The translations under genes and the position numbers were made by a program. Below, piece by piece: positions 20,211 to 29,438 of a stretch of DNA of 32,000 bases; the stretch's first letter is position 1; every line of letters starts with the position of its first letter. The stretch is from Clostridiaceae bacterium. Lineage in GTDB: Bacteria; Bacillota; Clostridia; Saccharofermentanales; DTU023. Under the pieces are notes generated by a model. That model was not told the DNA's origin. It did not search any database and was given only the letters and a program-made list of their open reading frames with translations. The stretch covers positions 34,909 to 66,908 of the forward strand of contig JAAZKK010000048.1 in the NCBI GenBank assembly GCA_012799825.1, in the 5' to 3' direction.

Positions 20211-21173
20211 TCACTCTATATTTTTAAAAAAAACGATGACACGCTCCCAGCCGGCTGCATCGCGTATCCGCTCAATTTCAGACCAGCCTTCCGAAGCAAA
20301 AATCGAAATGATCGAATCGGCTTGCCCCGCGCCGGCCTCCAAAATTAAAACGCCGACGTGTCCTAAATATGATTTCCCTTCTTTTGCCAATCGTCTATAA
20401 AAATGAAGTCCATCAGGCCCCCCGTCAAGCGCAAGATGCGGCTCATGGGAAGATACTTCCGGCATCAAATGCCGAATATCGTCGCTTTTAACATAAGGAG
20501 GATTGGCCGTTATGATATCAAAAATCCTCTTCTCATTAGGCCAGATGTCTGCCTGTTCAATGTGCCACGAATCATCTGTCAACAAACGTTCGGCGTTTTT
20601 CTTTGCCACGTTGAGCGCTTTAGACGAAGTATCTACTAACGTCAAATCAAGCGTCATCTCTTCCTTCTGACAACGAACGCCTAGCGCGATCCCGATGGCA
20701 CCGGAGCCGGTAAACGTATCAAGTACAATTGCAGCACGTTGTTTTGATATGTGCTCTTTCTTACTTGTGTGATTAGGATCATCTCCAATACGTACAGTCG
20801 TTGCGCGGTTTTTGGAAGAATACATTTTTTTTAAATAATGGAATGCTTGTTCGACGAGAAGCTCCGTCTCAGGACGCGGCACCAGCGTATCTTTATTCAC
20901 ATCAAATCGATGGCCGTCAAACCATACATAACCTGCGATCTGCGGAATTGAGATGTGACAAAGACGCATACTGAGCGCTTCATTGAGACGCGTCATTGTC
21001 TCGGCGTCAATATCGGCATCGGGGTGCAGGATCTGTTGCTCGACCGTCATACCCGTCACCGCTTCAATGAGTGCGCGAGCCTCTTTTCCGGGATCATTAA
21101 AACCTGCTACCCGAAGTGTCTCTCGGAAGCGATTTAGAGTAAAATCGATCCTTTTTCGATCACCACAGATCAT
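20211..21173 (-). CDS. prmC: Release factor glutamine N5-methyltransferase (PrmC/HemK)
   Basis: 320 aa. LVPRPETELLVEQA, DTFTGSGAIGIAL and NPPYV motifs. Adjacent to prfA. Confidence 0.96.
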   Translation of the reverse strand: MICGDRKRIDFTLNRFRETLRVAGFNDPGKEARALIEAVTGMTVEQQILHPDADIDAETMTRLNEALSMRLCHISIPQIAGYVWFDGHRFDVNKDTLVPRPETELLVEQAFHYLKKMYSSKNRATTVRIGDDPNHTSKKEHISKQRAAIVLDTFTGSGAIGIALGVRCQKEEMTLDLTLVDTSSKALNVAKKNAERLLTDDSWHIEQADIWPNEKRIFDIITANPPYVKSDDIRHLMPEVSSHEPHLALDGGPDGLHFYRRLAKEGKSYLGHVGVLILEAGAGQADSIISIFASEGWSEIERIRDAAGWERVIVFFKNIE

Positions 21174-22371
21174 CCTGCGGATTTTCGGGAATGACCGGAC
21201 TCATCGCGGCAATTGCGACCTCAATCATCTCATCATCAGGTTCAGCCGTCGTAAGACGCTGGAGCGCAAGTCCGGGCTTTACCAGTACACGTGTCAGTGC
21301 ATTGTCACAAGATCCCGTAACGCGCTGCACTTCATAGGCAATACCGGCGACAACAGGAAGAAGCGCTAAACGCAGCAAAACATTAATCCACACGGTGTAG
21401 CGGCCTATCAAGGCAAATACGAGGATTGAAATCAGCATCACAATAAAGATGAAAGACGTACCACATCGCGGATGAAAACGGCTGTTCTTTTTGACGTTCT
21501 CTACGGTTAGCGGCAATCCTGCCTCGTAACAAGCAATGGTTTTGTGCTCGGCTCCGTGGTACATCCAGACGCGCCGAATGTCGCTTGCCTTAGATGTCAG
21601 ATACATATAAAGCAGGAAAATCCCGATGCGCACGACACCTTCGATAAGCGAAAGTATAAAAACACGAGGCCCGCGTTGCTCTCCAAGACCAAAACCGGTC
21701 AGTCTTCGGATCAGATCGGTAACGCCGCTTGGGAGCAAGATAAATAACGCGATGGATAATCCGAGCGAGACCATCAGTGTTAGTGTCAACATCAGATCGG
21801 GATGGCGATTGGCGAACCTGTCGAACCAGCCCTCATTTTCGGACTCTTGCTGTTTTTCCTCTTCCGTCATTGAGACATCGGCAGAATACATCAGCGCTTG
21901 AATACCGGTCTTAAGCTGGGTCACAAGGCGGACGACGCCGCGAAGTAAAGGCACGTTAAAAGTGCTGAAACGTTTGTCGCGATCTTTCACCGTCACCTTG
22001 ATCTCACCGGTCTTGTCACGTACAGCGATCGCCTGTTTCTTCGGACCGAGCATGATGAGTCCTTCAATCAGCGCCTGTCCACCGATAGTCGTTTTCTTGC
22101 TTACGGCCTTCGGGTTAACGGACAGTTGAGAATCAACCTCGGAGTCACAACAAGCCGCATCTTCCCGTTCCAAAGATGCAACATCCGCTTTATCGGATTT
22201 CTGTTCTTCCGTTGCACATGCCGAAGTCGTTACAGCAGAAAAATCCTGTTCGTCCGCTGCGCATCTAGGCAAATCTGTTGTAGTCTGTTCCTGTTTTTCA
22301 GTTGTGCACGACGACAAATGATCGTCGGTCATCGCGTTATTCAGGCATGATGTTTTGAGATCGTGTGTCAT
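21160..22371 (-). CDS. DUF1385 domain-containing membrane protein
   Basis: 403 aa. TTIGGQALIEGLIMLGPKKQAIAVRD...MYHGAEHKTI.CYE...HPRCGTSFIF is the canonical DUF1385 signature. The first about 92 aa are a non-conserved-looking acidic/Cys-containing leader. Confidence 0.93.
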   Translation of the reverse strand: MTHDLKTSCLNNAMTDDHLSSCTTEKQEQTTTDLPRCAADEQDFSAVTTSACATEEQKSDKADVASLEREDAACCDSEVDSQLSVNPKAVSKKTTIGGQALIEGLIMLGPKKQAIAVRDKTGEIKVTVKDRDKRFSTFNVPLLRGVVRLVTQLKTGIQALMYSADVSMTEEEKQQESENEGWFDRFANRHPDLMLTLTLMVSLGLSIALFILLPSGVTDLIRRLTGFGLGEQRGPRVFILSLIEGVVRIGIFLLYMYLTSKASDIRRVWMYHGAEHKTIACYEAGLPLTVENVKKNSRFHPRCGTSFIFIVMLISILVFALIGRYTVWINVLLRLALLPVVAGIAYEVQRVTGSCDNALTRVLVKPGLALQRLTTAEPDDEMIEVAIAAMSPVIPENPQDDLW

Positions 22372-22421
22372 TTTATGTATCTTTTGTCATGAATATCATG
22401 AAGAAACGTTTAAAGCATTAG

Positions 22422-22449
22422 AAAAAAAGAGGAGCCGGAACGCTCCTCT
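22422..22449 (-). terminator. Intrinsic terminator downstream of rpmE
   Basis: Minus strand AGAGGAG-CGTTCCGG-CTCCTCT followed by TTTTTTT. Confidence 0.88.
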
Positions 22450-22469
22450 GCCATATCATCGTGCTTCCG

Positions 22470-22676
22470 TTAATCTTGCATCCGCTCCATGCGTCTGCGG
22501 AATTTATCGACTCTGCCGCCTGTGTCGACGAGCTTCTGGCGTCCCGTATAAAACGGATGACATTTCGAGCAAACGTCAACGTTTATCGATGGTTTCGTTG
22601 CGAATGTCTCAAAAGTCTCTCCACAAGCGCAGCGAACGGAACACTTGACAAAATCAGGATGAATGCCTTCTTTCAT
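22470..22676 (-). CDS. rpmE: 50S ribosomal protein L31 (zinc-binding type)
   Basis: [62 protein letters not shown], with Cys motifs retained. Confidence 0.96.
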   Translation of the reverse strand: MKEGIHPDFVKCSVRCACGETFETFATKPSINVDVCSKCHPFYTGRQKLVDTGGRVDKFRRRMERMQD

Positions 22677-22969
22677 TATTTCATCACCTCTCATGGAAAT
22701 CGAGCGAGCAACTCTTTGTCCTCGGGATCGATTCCAGAAATAAGCGCCCTTGTCGGGTCGCTTGCCTGATGATTGTACAACGCATAATCATCACATGTCA
22801 AGTGAACAAGCCTATAAAGAAAGAGTGCAGAAAGAGAGCATTATTATCACATCTTGTTATCGGCTGAATGATTGCTGAATTCCAAAATGAGCTGGACAGT
22901 GAGAAGCTCGGGGCGTCCAGTTTAATCTGGCAAGTTGCCTATTCTGTTTACTTTGACACAACGTTAATT

Positions 22970-23155
22970 AATCTGACTTAATTGCCAAGGTAAGCTGGAC
23001 AGCAGAGTGAGTTATCAAGAAATGACTGAGAGCAATGTCGGAGATTATGGTGTAGTTAGGATTTGGTTTTCAAAGCAATAGCTGAGAGCAGTGCCGGAGA
23101 TTACAACGTGGTTAGGGCGTAGTTGTTAAAGCGATGACAGAGTTTAGGCGGTCAT
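22970..23155. repeat. Tandem repeat, 56 bp unit, about 2.3 clear copies
   Basis: CTGAGAGCARTGYCGGAGATTAYRRYGTRGTTAGG... at 23026 and 23082, with a partial third at about 23138. Confidence 0.75.
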
Positions 23156-23343
23156 CGATCTTTTCTTTATCAAGAAAATGTCATTGTAGAAAGTCATAGG
23201 CAAATGCATGCGGGAATTTGGTCATCATCACAAAGGCACGCGAAAGTCGGATCATGTATAGTTAATTTGAATGAACAAATAATGATAAATGGAGATGTAG
23301 AAACAAAGACATCATACTAAATGGAGATGTAGAAAGGTATTTT

Positions 23344-24006
23344 ATGCCAAAGAAAACGGTGACGTTGTATCTTATTCGCCATGGTTTGACTAAACAAAAT
23401 CTCGCACGACAGTATCAGGGTACGAAATTTAATTATGATATCCATGACAAGAGTCGAGACCTCATATTAGAGCGTCGCGAGCGCGGCGATGTGCCGGAAA
23501 TTAAGACGCTTTGGGTGTCGCCGCTTGTGCGAGCAAAAAGTACCGCGACACTCTATTTCCCAGGGATGATGCAGCACATCGACCCCGATTTGCAGGAACG
23601 AGATTTTGGCTGTTGGGATGGCCACACACACGAAGAGCTTCTAGCCAGACCGGATTATCTTGAATTTCTTGATAAAAATTGTGCGACGACCGAAATCGAG
23701 GGTGGGGAGAGCTGGAATTCTTTTCAGGAGCGCCTAGAGCGCGTTCTTCTCGCCATTGAGGAACTTGCTAAAAATGCGCCGGATCAGTTTCCTTTAGCAC
23801 TGGTATTCCACGGCGGTCCGATATTCTACCTCACGTACCGTCTGTTACCGGAGGAGCATCCTTTTTCTCTTTACTCATGCAAGGGGGCTAGTGGATTAAA
23901 AATGGAACTCATGACAGATCCTCTTCGCGCGGTAGAGGCATCGGAGCTTTTCACGGATAAGCTTGATATAGAGCTTACACCGTTTTATCGTAATTATGAA
24001 AGCTAA
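23344..24006 (+). CDS. Histidine phosphatase family protein (phosphoglycerate mutase-like)
   Basis: 220 aa. LYLIRHGLTKQNLARQYQG (RHG motif), SPLVRAKSTATLYF, LVFHGGPIFYL. Confidence 0.9.
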   Translation: MPKKTVTLYLIRHGLTKQNLARQYQGTKFNYDIHDKSRDLILERRERGDVPEIKTLWVSPLVRAKSTATLYFPGMMQHIDPDLQERDFGCWDGHTHEELLARPDYLEFLDKNCATTEIEGGESWNSFQERLERVLLAIEELAKNAPDQFPLALVFHGGPIFYLTYRLLPEEHPFSLYSCKGASGLKMELMTDPLRAVEASELFTDKLDIELTPFYRNYES

Positions 24007-24333
24007 TCGAATCAGCTGTAAGCGGACGGTTAATAGTTCGTTTCATTCTGAGTGCAGGTAGAACTTTTCATTGGCTAAAGTGATCGTTACCCCACTTAAG
24101 CCTGACGAATCGTCCCGTTTTTGCAATTAATGACCCTTAAAGCACGTCGACTCGGGGCGAAGTATGCTTTGGAGTTGTCGCAAGCAAAAAATGACACTTA
24201 TCGTAGTCAGACTCGGGGATTTCTCGAGCATCGGGCTTTGTCTCATTTTCTTCTTTTTCTTTAAAAACCGTTAAAAACCGCCCCGCAAACTGCGTTGACA
24301 TCCTCACCGACGTCGGGTATATTGTCTTAGCTT

Positions 24334-24410
24334 GGGTGATTAGCTCAGCTGGTTAGAGTGCCTGCGTGACATGCAGGAGGCCATAGGTTCAAGTCCCATA
24401 TCACCCACCA
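24334..24410 (+). tRNA. tRNA-Val (anticodon GAC)
   Basis: Cloverleaf folded by hand: acceptor GGGTGAT/ATCACCC, D-arm AGCTCAGCTGGTTAGAGT, anticodon stem CCTGC-GTGACAT-GCAGG, T-loop TTCAAGT, encoded 3' ACCA. One mismatch in the T stem. Confidence 0.93.
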
Positions 24411-24416
24411 TGCGTT

Positions 24417-24452
24417 AAACCGCCGGCACGTCATTGTTCCGGCGGTTTTTCT
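24417..24452 (+). terminator. Intrinsic terminator after tRNA-Val
   Basis: AAACCGCCGG-CACGTCATTGTT-CCGGCGGTTTTTCT. Confidence 0.88.
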
Positions 24453-24626
24453 ATATAGACCTTTTACCTGTTTTTCAATTCTTGTACCAAATTTTGTACC
24501 AATTTTGCTCTAGTGTATGTCGCCCTTATGAACATTGCCTTTCAACGGGTGGAAATCGCGCTCGCAGAAGGCCAGTGTCCTTCGGTGGCAGAGATTTCCA
24601 AACGGATTGACATCAGGCCATTGTTT

Positions 24627-25556
24627 TCAAGTATCCCGTTCGTCAGTGTGGTCAGAAGACAGCACATCGGATGTCATTGCATATTTTCTGGTTTGAAAGT
24701 CCGAATGATCGTCCGGCACATCAGCATAAGAAGGAAATTTTTCATCGGTCGTCGGCACCTGTTCACGAATATAATTGAGCAGCTGATTACGCTTGGTCCT
24801 GTACCAAAAACGATGTGTAATCCTCATCAGAGTAGAATCAAGAGGATAAAAGAAACGCCCTGCGTTAAAATCAATCAACATCGGATAAAGGCTCGTTCTG
24901 CCGTCGAGTTTACCAAGGTAATTTACGGTACCTGCACCCGCAGACGTCACTTCATCACGGTTTGTCATGTCGGTCAATAAAATAACCAGATTACGACGGG
25001 AAGGTTGTGTTTTTTCATTATCAAAAATCAGACGTTCACAGTTTTTTAGCACTTGATCAACGACAATAACATTCAGCATGGGGTGATAGAAAAGAAACAC
25101 GCGGTCAAAGCGTTTGCGTCGAAAAGGTGTCCATCGCGGGCGGATACCAATCGCATCGTAAGGTTCTCGCACGCGCATCGTCCACCCTTGTTCCTCAAAT
25201 GCTTGACGGATATCTTTACGCCATGTCGGCCATGTATTTTGAAGATGAACGAAACGCGATGAAAGACGAAATCGCCTTATTCGGTCAAGGCGGTGCACGC
25301 TCTTAGGATCACCCGGATCAAACCGTTCAAGCCACCCGCTTGAAAAAAGCTGAAAGATAAAAAGGACGCCCATGACCACAAGGATCACAAGTGACACCGT
25401 AAAAAGCGTGCCAACCCATTTGATCGCGCTGATTTCAGGAACCGATTGGGCTTTTCGGTAAAGGATGTAAACACCAACGCTGAACAGCACGAGGAGGATA
25501 AATTGCGATATCATATCGCGAATCCAGGATCTGCCCCTCACTTCTTTTCCTTCCAA
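24627..25556 (-). CDS. Hypothetical membrane protein (two N-terminal TM segments, basic cytosolic domain)
   Basis: 309 aa ORF with RBS-like GGAAGG just upstream. Hydrophobic segments ISQFILLVLFSVGVYILY and WVGTLFTVSLVILVVMGVLFIFQLF. No family recognised. Confidence 0.7.
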   Translation of the reverse strand: MEGKEVRGRSWIRDMISQFILLVLFSVGVYILYRKAQSVPEISAIKWVGTLFTVSLVILVVMGVLFIFQLFSSGWLERFDPGDPKSVHRLDRIRRFRLSSRFVHLQNTWPTWRKDIRQAFEEQGWTMRVREPYDAIGIRPRWTPFRRKRFDRVFLFYHPMLNVIVVDQVLKNCERLIFDNEKTQPSRRNLVILLTDMTNRDEVTSAGAGTVNYLGKLDGRTSLYPMLIDFNAGRFFYPLDSTLMRITHRFWYRTKRNQLLNYIREQVPTTDEKFPSYADVPDDHSDFQTRKYAMTSDVLSSDHTDERDT

Positions 25557-25592
25557 CTAACATTCCAGATAAAATGAACTTCTCCGAAACGC

Positions 25593-25638
25593 TATAACGT
25601 CAAGGGGTGTCGAGCACCCCCCTATTGATTACGTTATA
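25593..25638. repeat. Nested inverted repeat
   Basis: Outer arms TATAACGT (25593-25600)/ACGTTATA (25631-25638). Inner hairpin GGGGTG-TCGAG-CACCCC (25604-25620). Confidence 0.8.
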
Positions 25639-25639
25639 C

Positions 25640-25735
25640 CTTACTCCGAGCAGAACTGCAACGAAATCGTGGCGTGGTGTGTGGCCGTTGTCGGAGATAT
25701 ACCCTACCTCGAGAAGTACTGCAACGAAACGCCGA
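25640..25735. repeat. Degenerate direct repeat, about 63 bp spacing
   Basis: TACCTTACTCCGAGCAGAACTGCAACGAAAT versus TACCCTACCTCGAGAAGTACTGCAACGAAAC. ACTGCAACGAAA at 25655 and 25718. Confidence 0.65.
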
Positions 25736-25770
25736 CGTAGCGATGTACTGCGTTTGCGACAAGTTGCCCG

Positions 25771-27198
25771 TCAATCCATAGAGGACTGTAATGTCAACTC
25801 TGCAGATCGCTTACGCAATCCGCGATAATAATCTAAGTGCATTTTATCGCCCGGACGGAACCTGTTTTTTATGTTAGAAAGATCGCGTGTCGTTTTAACT
25901 GTATCGCCATCAGCTGCTACAATGACATCACCTGGTTGGAGACCTGCTCGATCTCCTGCACTACCTTCGTCAACATCTATGATCAAAACACCGGGATAAT
26001 GAAGCTCTTCCTTTTTGGCGACCGTTTCACTCAACGTAGAAACCTGAATGCCAATCATTGGCCATTCATATTTTCCTGTACGTATAATCGACTCTATGAT
26101 GATTTTCGTCTCATCGATTGGGATCGCAAAACTGATGCCTTGAACCTGTTCTTCGGAGCTAGCATTAGAGTAGATTATTTTGAGCTGATTAATCCCGATG
26201 ACTTCGCCATAAGCATTGACAAGCGCGCCTCCGGAGTTACCGGCGTTCAACGCGGCATCGGTCTGTATTAGCGGAATCGGCGATTCAGATAATTCGCGTC
26301 CAAGTGCCGAGACAATGCCGGACGTTACAGTTCCGCGAAGGCGACCTGTCGGGTTGCCCATGGCAATCGCCAACTCTCCAACTACAAGTTTTGAAGACTC
26401 GCCAAGGACGACTGTCGGAAGATCCGGCGCATCCATTTTGACTACGGCGATATCACCATACGGATCAGACCCCACCACATCAGCATCATATTCACGCCCA
26501 TCATCCATATAAATATGCACCGATTTGGCATCGCCGATAACATGGGCATTGGTCACGACATATCCGTCTTCGGAAATAATGAAGCCCGATCCGGCAATCG
26601 GTACTTGGGTATAGCCCATCCAGCCGCGCGTCGTCACTGTCGTATAAATTGCGACAACAGCAGGTTTGACCTTCTCGACGATTTCAGGGATCGTCAGGAG
26701 CGTCTTCCCTTCTTGCGGCAACGGACGCGCGAGGTCAGCAATACTAAATTGGCCGTTTAGGTTGTCATTTCGGTTTACAGATCCTGACGGCAATGTGTCG
26801 CCGCTATTCGGTTCGGTGTTTTTCTCTCCCGGTAGCGTTTCAATCGCTACGCTCGGCTTACTGACTTCCGGTTCCGTGCGCTCAGGCCGACTCAAAAAGG
26901 ACGGCACTTTATCTTTAAAACTAAAAAAGTATACGAGACCGGTAACGACCGAAAATAGAATGGCAACGACGAGCGCTATGATGATGATGCCAATGGCAAG
27001 ATTGCTATTTCTGCCATTTCTCTTGCCGCGACGCCCACGCGGCGGATCGTCACCGGCTCCAAATCCTGCTTGGTCGCCTCCTCCGTCATTATTCTGATAA
27101 TTCTGATATGGCGAATGATAATTAGTATTGTAAGAGCTCTGATTCTGTTGATTCCGTCCGGAATAGTCATCGCTATGAATGTATGGCTGTTGACCCAT
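25771..27198 (-). CDS. HtrA/DegP-type trypsin-like serine protease with PDZ domain
   Basis: N-terminal TM, catalytic triad motifs VTNAHVIGDA, YGDIAVVKM and NAGNSGGALVN, C-terminal PDZ (DRAGLQPGDVIVAADG). An upstream in-frame Met at 27246 is possible. Confidence 0.95.
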   Translation of the reverse strand: MGQQPYIHSDDYSGRNQQNQSSYNTNYHSPYQNYQNNDGGGDQAGFGAGDDPPRGRRGKRNGRNSNLAIGIIIIALVVAILFSVVTGLVYFFSFKDKVPSFLSRPERTEPEVSKPSVAIETLPGEKNTEPNSGDTLPSGSVNRNDNLNGQFSIADLARPLPQEGKTLLTIPEIVEKVKPAVVAIYTTVTTRGWMGYTQVPIAGSGFIISEDGYVVTNAHVIGDAKSVHIYMDDGREYDADVVGSDPYGDIAVVKMDAPDLPTVVLGESSKLVVGELAIAMGNPTGRLRGTVTSGIVSALGRELSESPIPLIQTDAALNAGNSGGALVNAYGEVIGINQLKIIYSNASSEEQVQGISFAIPIDETKIIIESIIRTGKYEWPMIGIQVSTLSETVAKKEELHYPGVLIIDVDEGSAGDRAGLQPGDVIVAADGDTVKTTRDLSNIKNRFRPGDKMHLDYYRGLRKRSAELTLQSSMD

Positions 27199-27492
27199 TC
27201 TGATTCCCTCCGCTATAACTTCACTTTCACTGCAGTGTGCGTACATACCTAAGTGTGTTTATATGCTGCAGTGTGCATACATGTCGATATAAACTAGCGT
27301 TCTACAGAACCTCTTCAAAAACGCGTACTCTTTAAAAAACTCCTTTAATAATCATTAAAGGATTCACTACAAACTATAAGCGTCAAATGTGTTTTTTTTG
27401 TGAACGCAATTTGTACGAGATGCTTAAATTTACAAATAGCAAATAAAACTCATCATTAGTCACACATAATTCAATATAAATAGGCAAGATTA

Positions 27493-27652
27493 GAAACATT
27501 GCATTAAAAAAATCTCCCCTAGTAAAATGCCCAATTCTCAAAAGGCATCTAAACCTGCAATCAAACGCATAATTCTTTAGAATAAAGCAAGAAGAATAAA
27601 TTGCATTAAGAAAAAATTTTCCCCTAGCAAAATGCCCAATTCCAAATGGCAT
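27493..27652. repeat. Direct repeat, 105 bp spacing
   Basis: AACATTGCATTAAAAAAATCTCCCCTAGTAAAATGCCCAATTCTCAAAAGGCAT versus AAATTGCATTAAGAAAAAATTTTCCCCTAGCAAAATGCCCAATTCCAAATGGCAT. CCCCTAG at 27516 and 27621. Confidence 0.85.
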
Positions 27653-27874
27653 GTATACTTGGAATCAGATGGCACAATTCTCTAAATCAAAGAAAGCTGA
27701 AAACATTGTGTTAAGGAGGAATTCGCCCCATCGCAATCAGTAAGAGTAACAAAAACTGTCACCAATTTACAGCTCAATATCTGCGCCGCCTCACTTCTAC
27801 ACGTTTTTCTGTTCTTTATTTAAACCAAATACTCGACATAATCGACGTCCTGCAACTGATCTGCAACTGATCGA

Positions 27875-29221
27875 TTATTCCTGTACTATCATCTGCTCCT
27901 CAGCCTCCGATGGAAGAGGATAGAGCTCTTCATCAAAATCCGGCGCCACATTCCGTTTTTCATACACTTCTAAGTGCATATCGCCAGATTCTGACGCCAT
28001 CTTCGGCTCTTCATAATCATCAAAAAGCACATCCCCAAGTCCCGAATTCATCCTAGGCTCTTTAATCTCGTCCAAAAGAACCTCTTCATCAGATTCTGAC
28101 GCCATCTTCGGCTCTTCATAATCATCAAAAAGCACATCCCCAACTTCCTGAATCATCAGATCCTCAAACTCAAGCGTATTCGACACACGATCCGGCTTAG
28201 AAACCACCATCGGCTCCTCAGCCTCCGGCAAAGGAAGATGTTGTGGCTCTTCGTCAAACTTCGACACCACATTCTCGCCCCTAAAATCTGGCGCGTACAT
28301 CTCATCCTCTTCTTCCATATGAGTTTCTTCAGTTTTCAGAGCACGCAGCTTAGATGTCATCGATGTCCATAAAGATGGGCGTCCTTCTCCTCTTCTTAAT
28401 TTTGATTTTGGTTCTGTCACAGCATGTTGTTTTCGCGCTCTTAATTCTGATCTTGGCTCTGTCACAACGTGTTGTTTTCGAGGCTTTGGAGATTCTAGAG
28501 GTAAATCCATATCGTCAGTATTCGGGTCAGCATTCGGGATTATGTTTTGTGTCGATGTGCGCGCAATAGTCTCGAAGACATCTGTATCTGTCGGCCGTTC
28601 GGAAATCCTTACCGGAACTCCTTCGTCAATTGGCTGATAAAGCACATAATTTACGATCCGATCAAGTACATACTGTATACCTTTAAGAACTCCGATCGCT
28701 ATAAGCGGGGTAGCGATGACTGCAATTATAAGTAAGAGCCCTTCAGCAACGATCCACATGGTTCCGACAACGATACCAAACACTGTCCTAAAAATTCCGC
28801 CACTTTCCGCGATAATATCGATCATGTGGTTGACATGCCGATCCATGCGTTCCAAGAGCATCATAGGTATCGCTTGATTATCAAGAGTGACCAACGGAAG
28901 GAAGAAGTGCGTAAGCACATAGAAAAGCAACACATATTTAAACGCGTACAACAAAAGTACTAACGGCCTCACATAAATCGGTAATCGATAGTAATAACTG
29001 GAAAGAAAAGGCGTAATCAAAATCAATGTGATGAGAAAAATGAGAGATCCTGGCCAAGAAACTATAATCCATTTGTTCATCTGGTTCGGATAAAAAACAA
29101 CGCCGGCAAAAGCAAGCGCCATAATAAAGGCAAGAAAAAGATGCGCGTTGAAATGACGATACGATTTATAATCCGTATCGCTCCACACCGGACCGATCAG
29201 AAACCCTTCAAGATAGTCCAT
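27875..29221 (-). CDS. Uncharacterised multi-pass membrane protein with long repetitive acidic cytosolic tail
   Basis: 448 aa. Several hydrophobic segments in the first about 200 aa, then an E/D/P-rich tail with internal repeats (GDVLFDDYEEPKMASES x2, RKQH(A/V)VTEP(R/K)S(E/K)LR x2). Confidence 0.8.
   Translation of the reverse strand: MDYLEGFLIGPVWSDTDYKSYRHFNAHLFLAFIMALAFAGVVFYPNQMNKWIIVSWPGSLIFLITLILITPFLSSYYYRLPIYVRPLVLLLYAFKYVLLFYVLTHFFLPLVTLDNQAIPMMLLERMDRHVNHMIDIIAESGGIFRTVFGIVVGTMWIVAEGLLLIIAVIATPLIAIGVLKGIQYVLDRIVNYVLYQPIDEGVPVRISERPTDTDVFETIARTSTQNIIPNADPNTDDMDLPLESPKPRKQHVVTEPRSELRARKQHAVTEPKSKLRRGEGRPSLWTSMTSKLRALKTEETHMEEEDEMYAPDFRGENVVSKFDEEPQHLPLPEAEEPMVVSKPDRVSNTLEFEDLMIQEVGDVLFDDYEEPKMASESDEEVLLDEIKEPRMNSGLGDVLFDDYEEPKMASESGDMHLEVYEKRNVAPDFDEELYPLPSEAEEQMIVQE
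27986..28170 (-). repeat. In-frame 105 bp coding repeat in the membrane-protein tail
   Basis: AGATTCTGACGCCATCTTCGGCTCTTCATAATCATCAAAAAGCACATCCCC at 27986 and 28091, 35 codons apart. Confidence 0.9.
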
Positions 29222-29438
29222 AACGCCTCTAGCTTAACAGCCTCTCGTCCCTTATCACTTTGTGATCATCACAGCTTATACTAAAAAATCCGCTTCTATC
29301 TACGTCTATCTATATTATTTGCATCTATATACCTAAAGTATGGAAATATCTATTTAGAAGCAAGTATATCATGATGCGTCTAATCCCTAAAATCGATCTA
29401 AGCCCACCTCCTAACGATGAAAACAGATTCCCGTCAAA

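Noticed and set aside
24513-24980. 155 aa + strand ORF after tRNA-Val
   Set aside because: Antisense to the 309-aa membrane-protein ORF, which has the better RBS, hydrophobicity pattern and length.
27383-27652. 89 aa minus-strand ORF downstream of the membrane protein as a gene
   Set aside because: AT-rich and hydrophobic by composition, with two 35-codon-spaced copies of (R/G)IGHF(A/T)RG(K/D)FF produced by the DNA repeat. No clear RBS. It cannot be excluded but is not supported.
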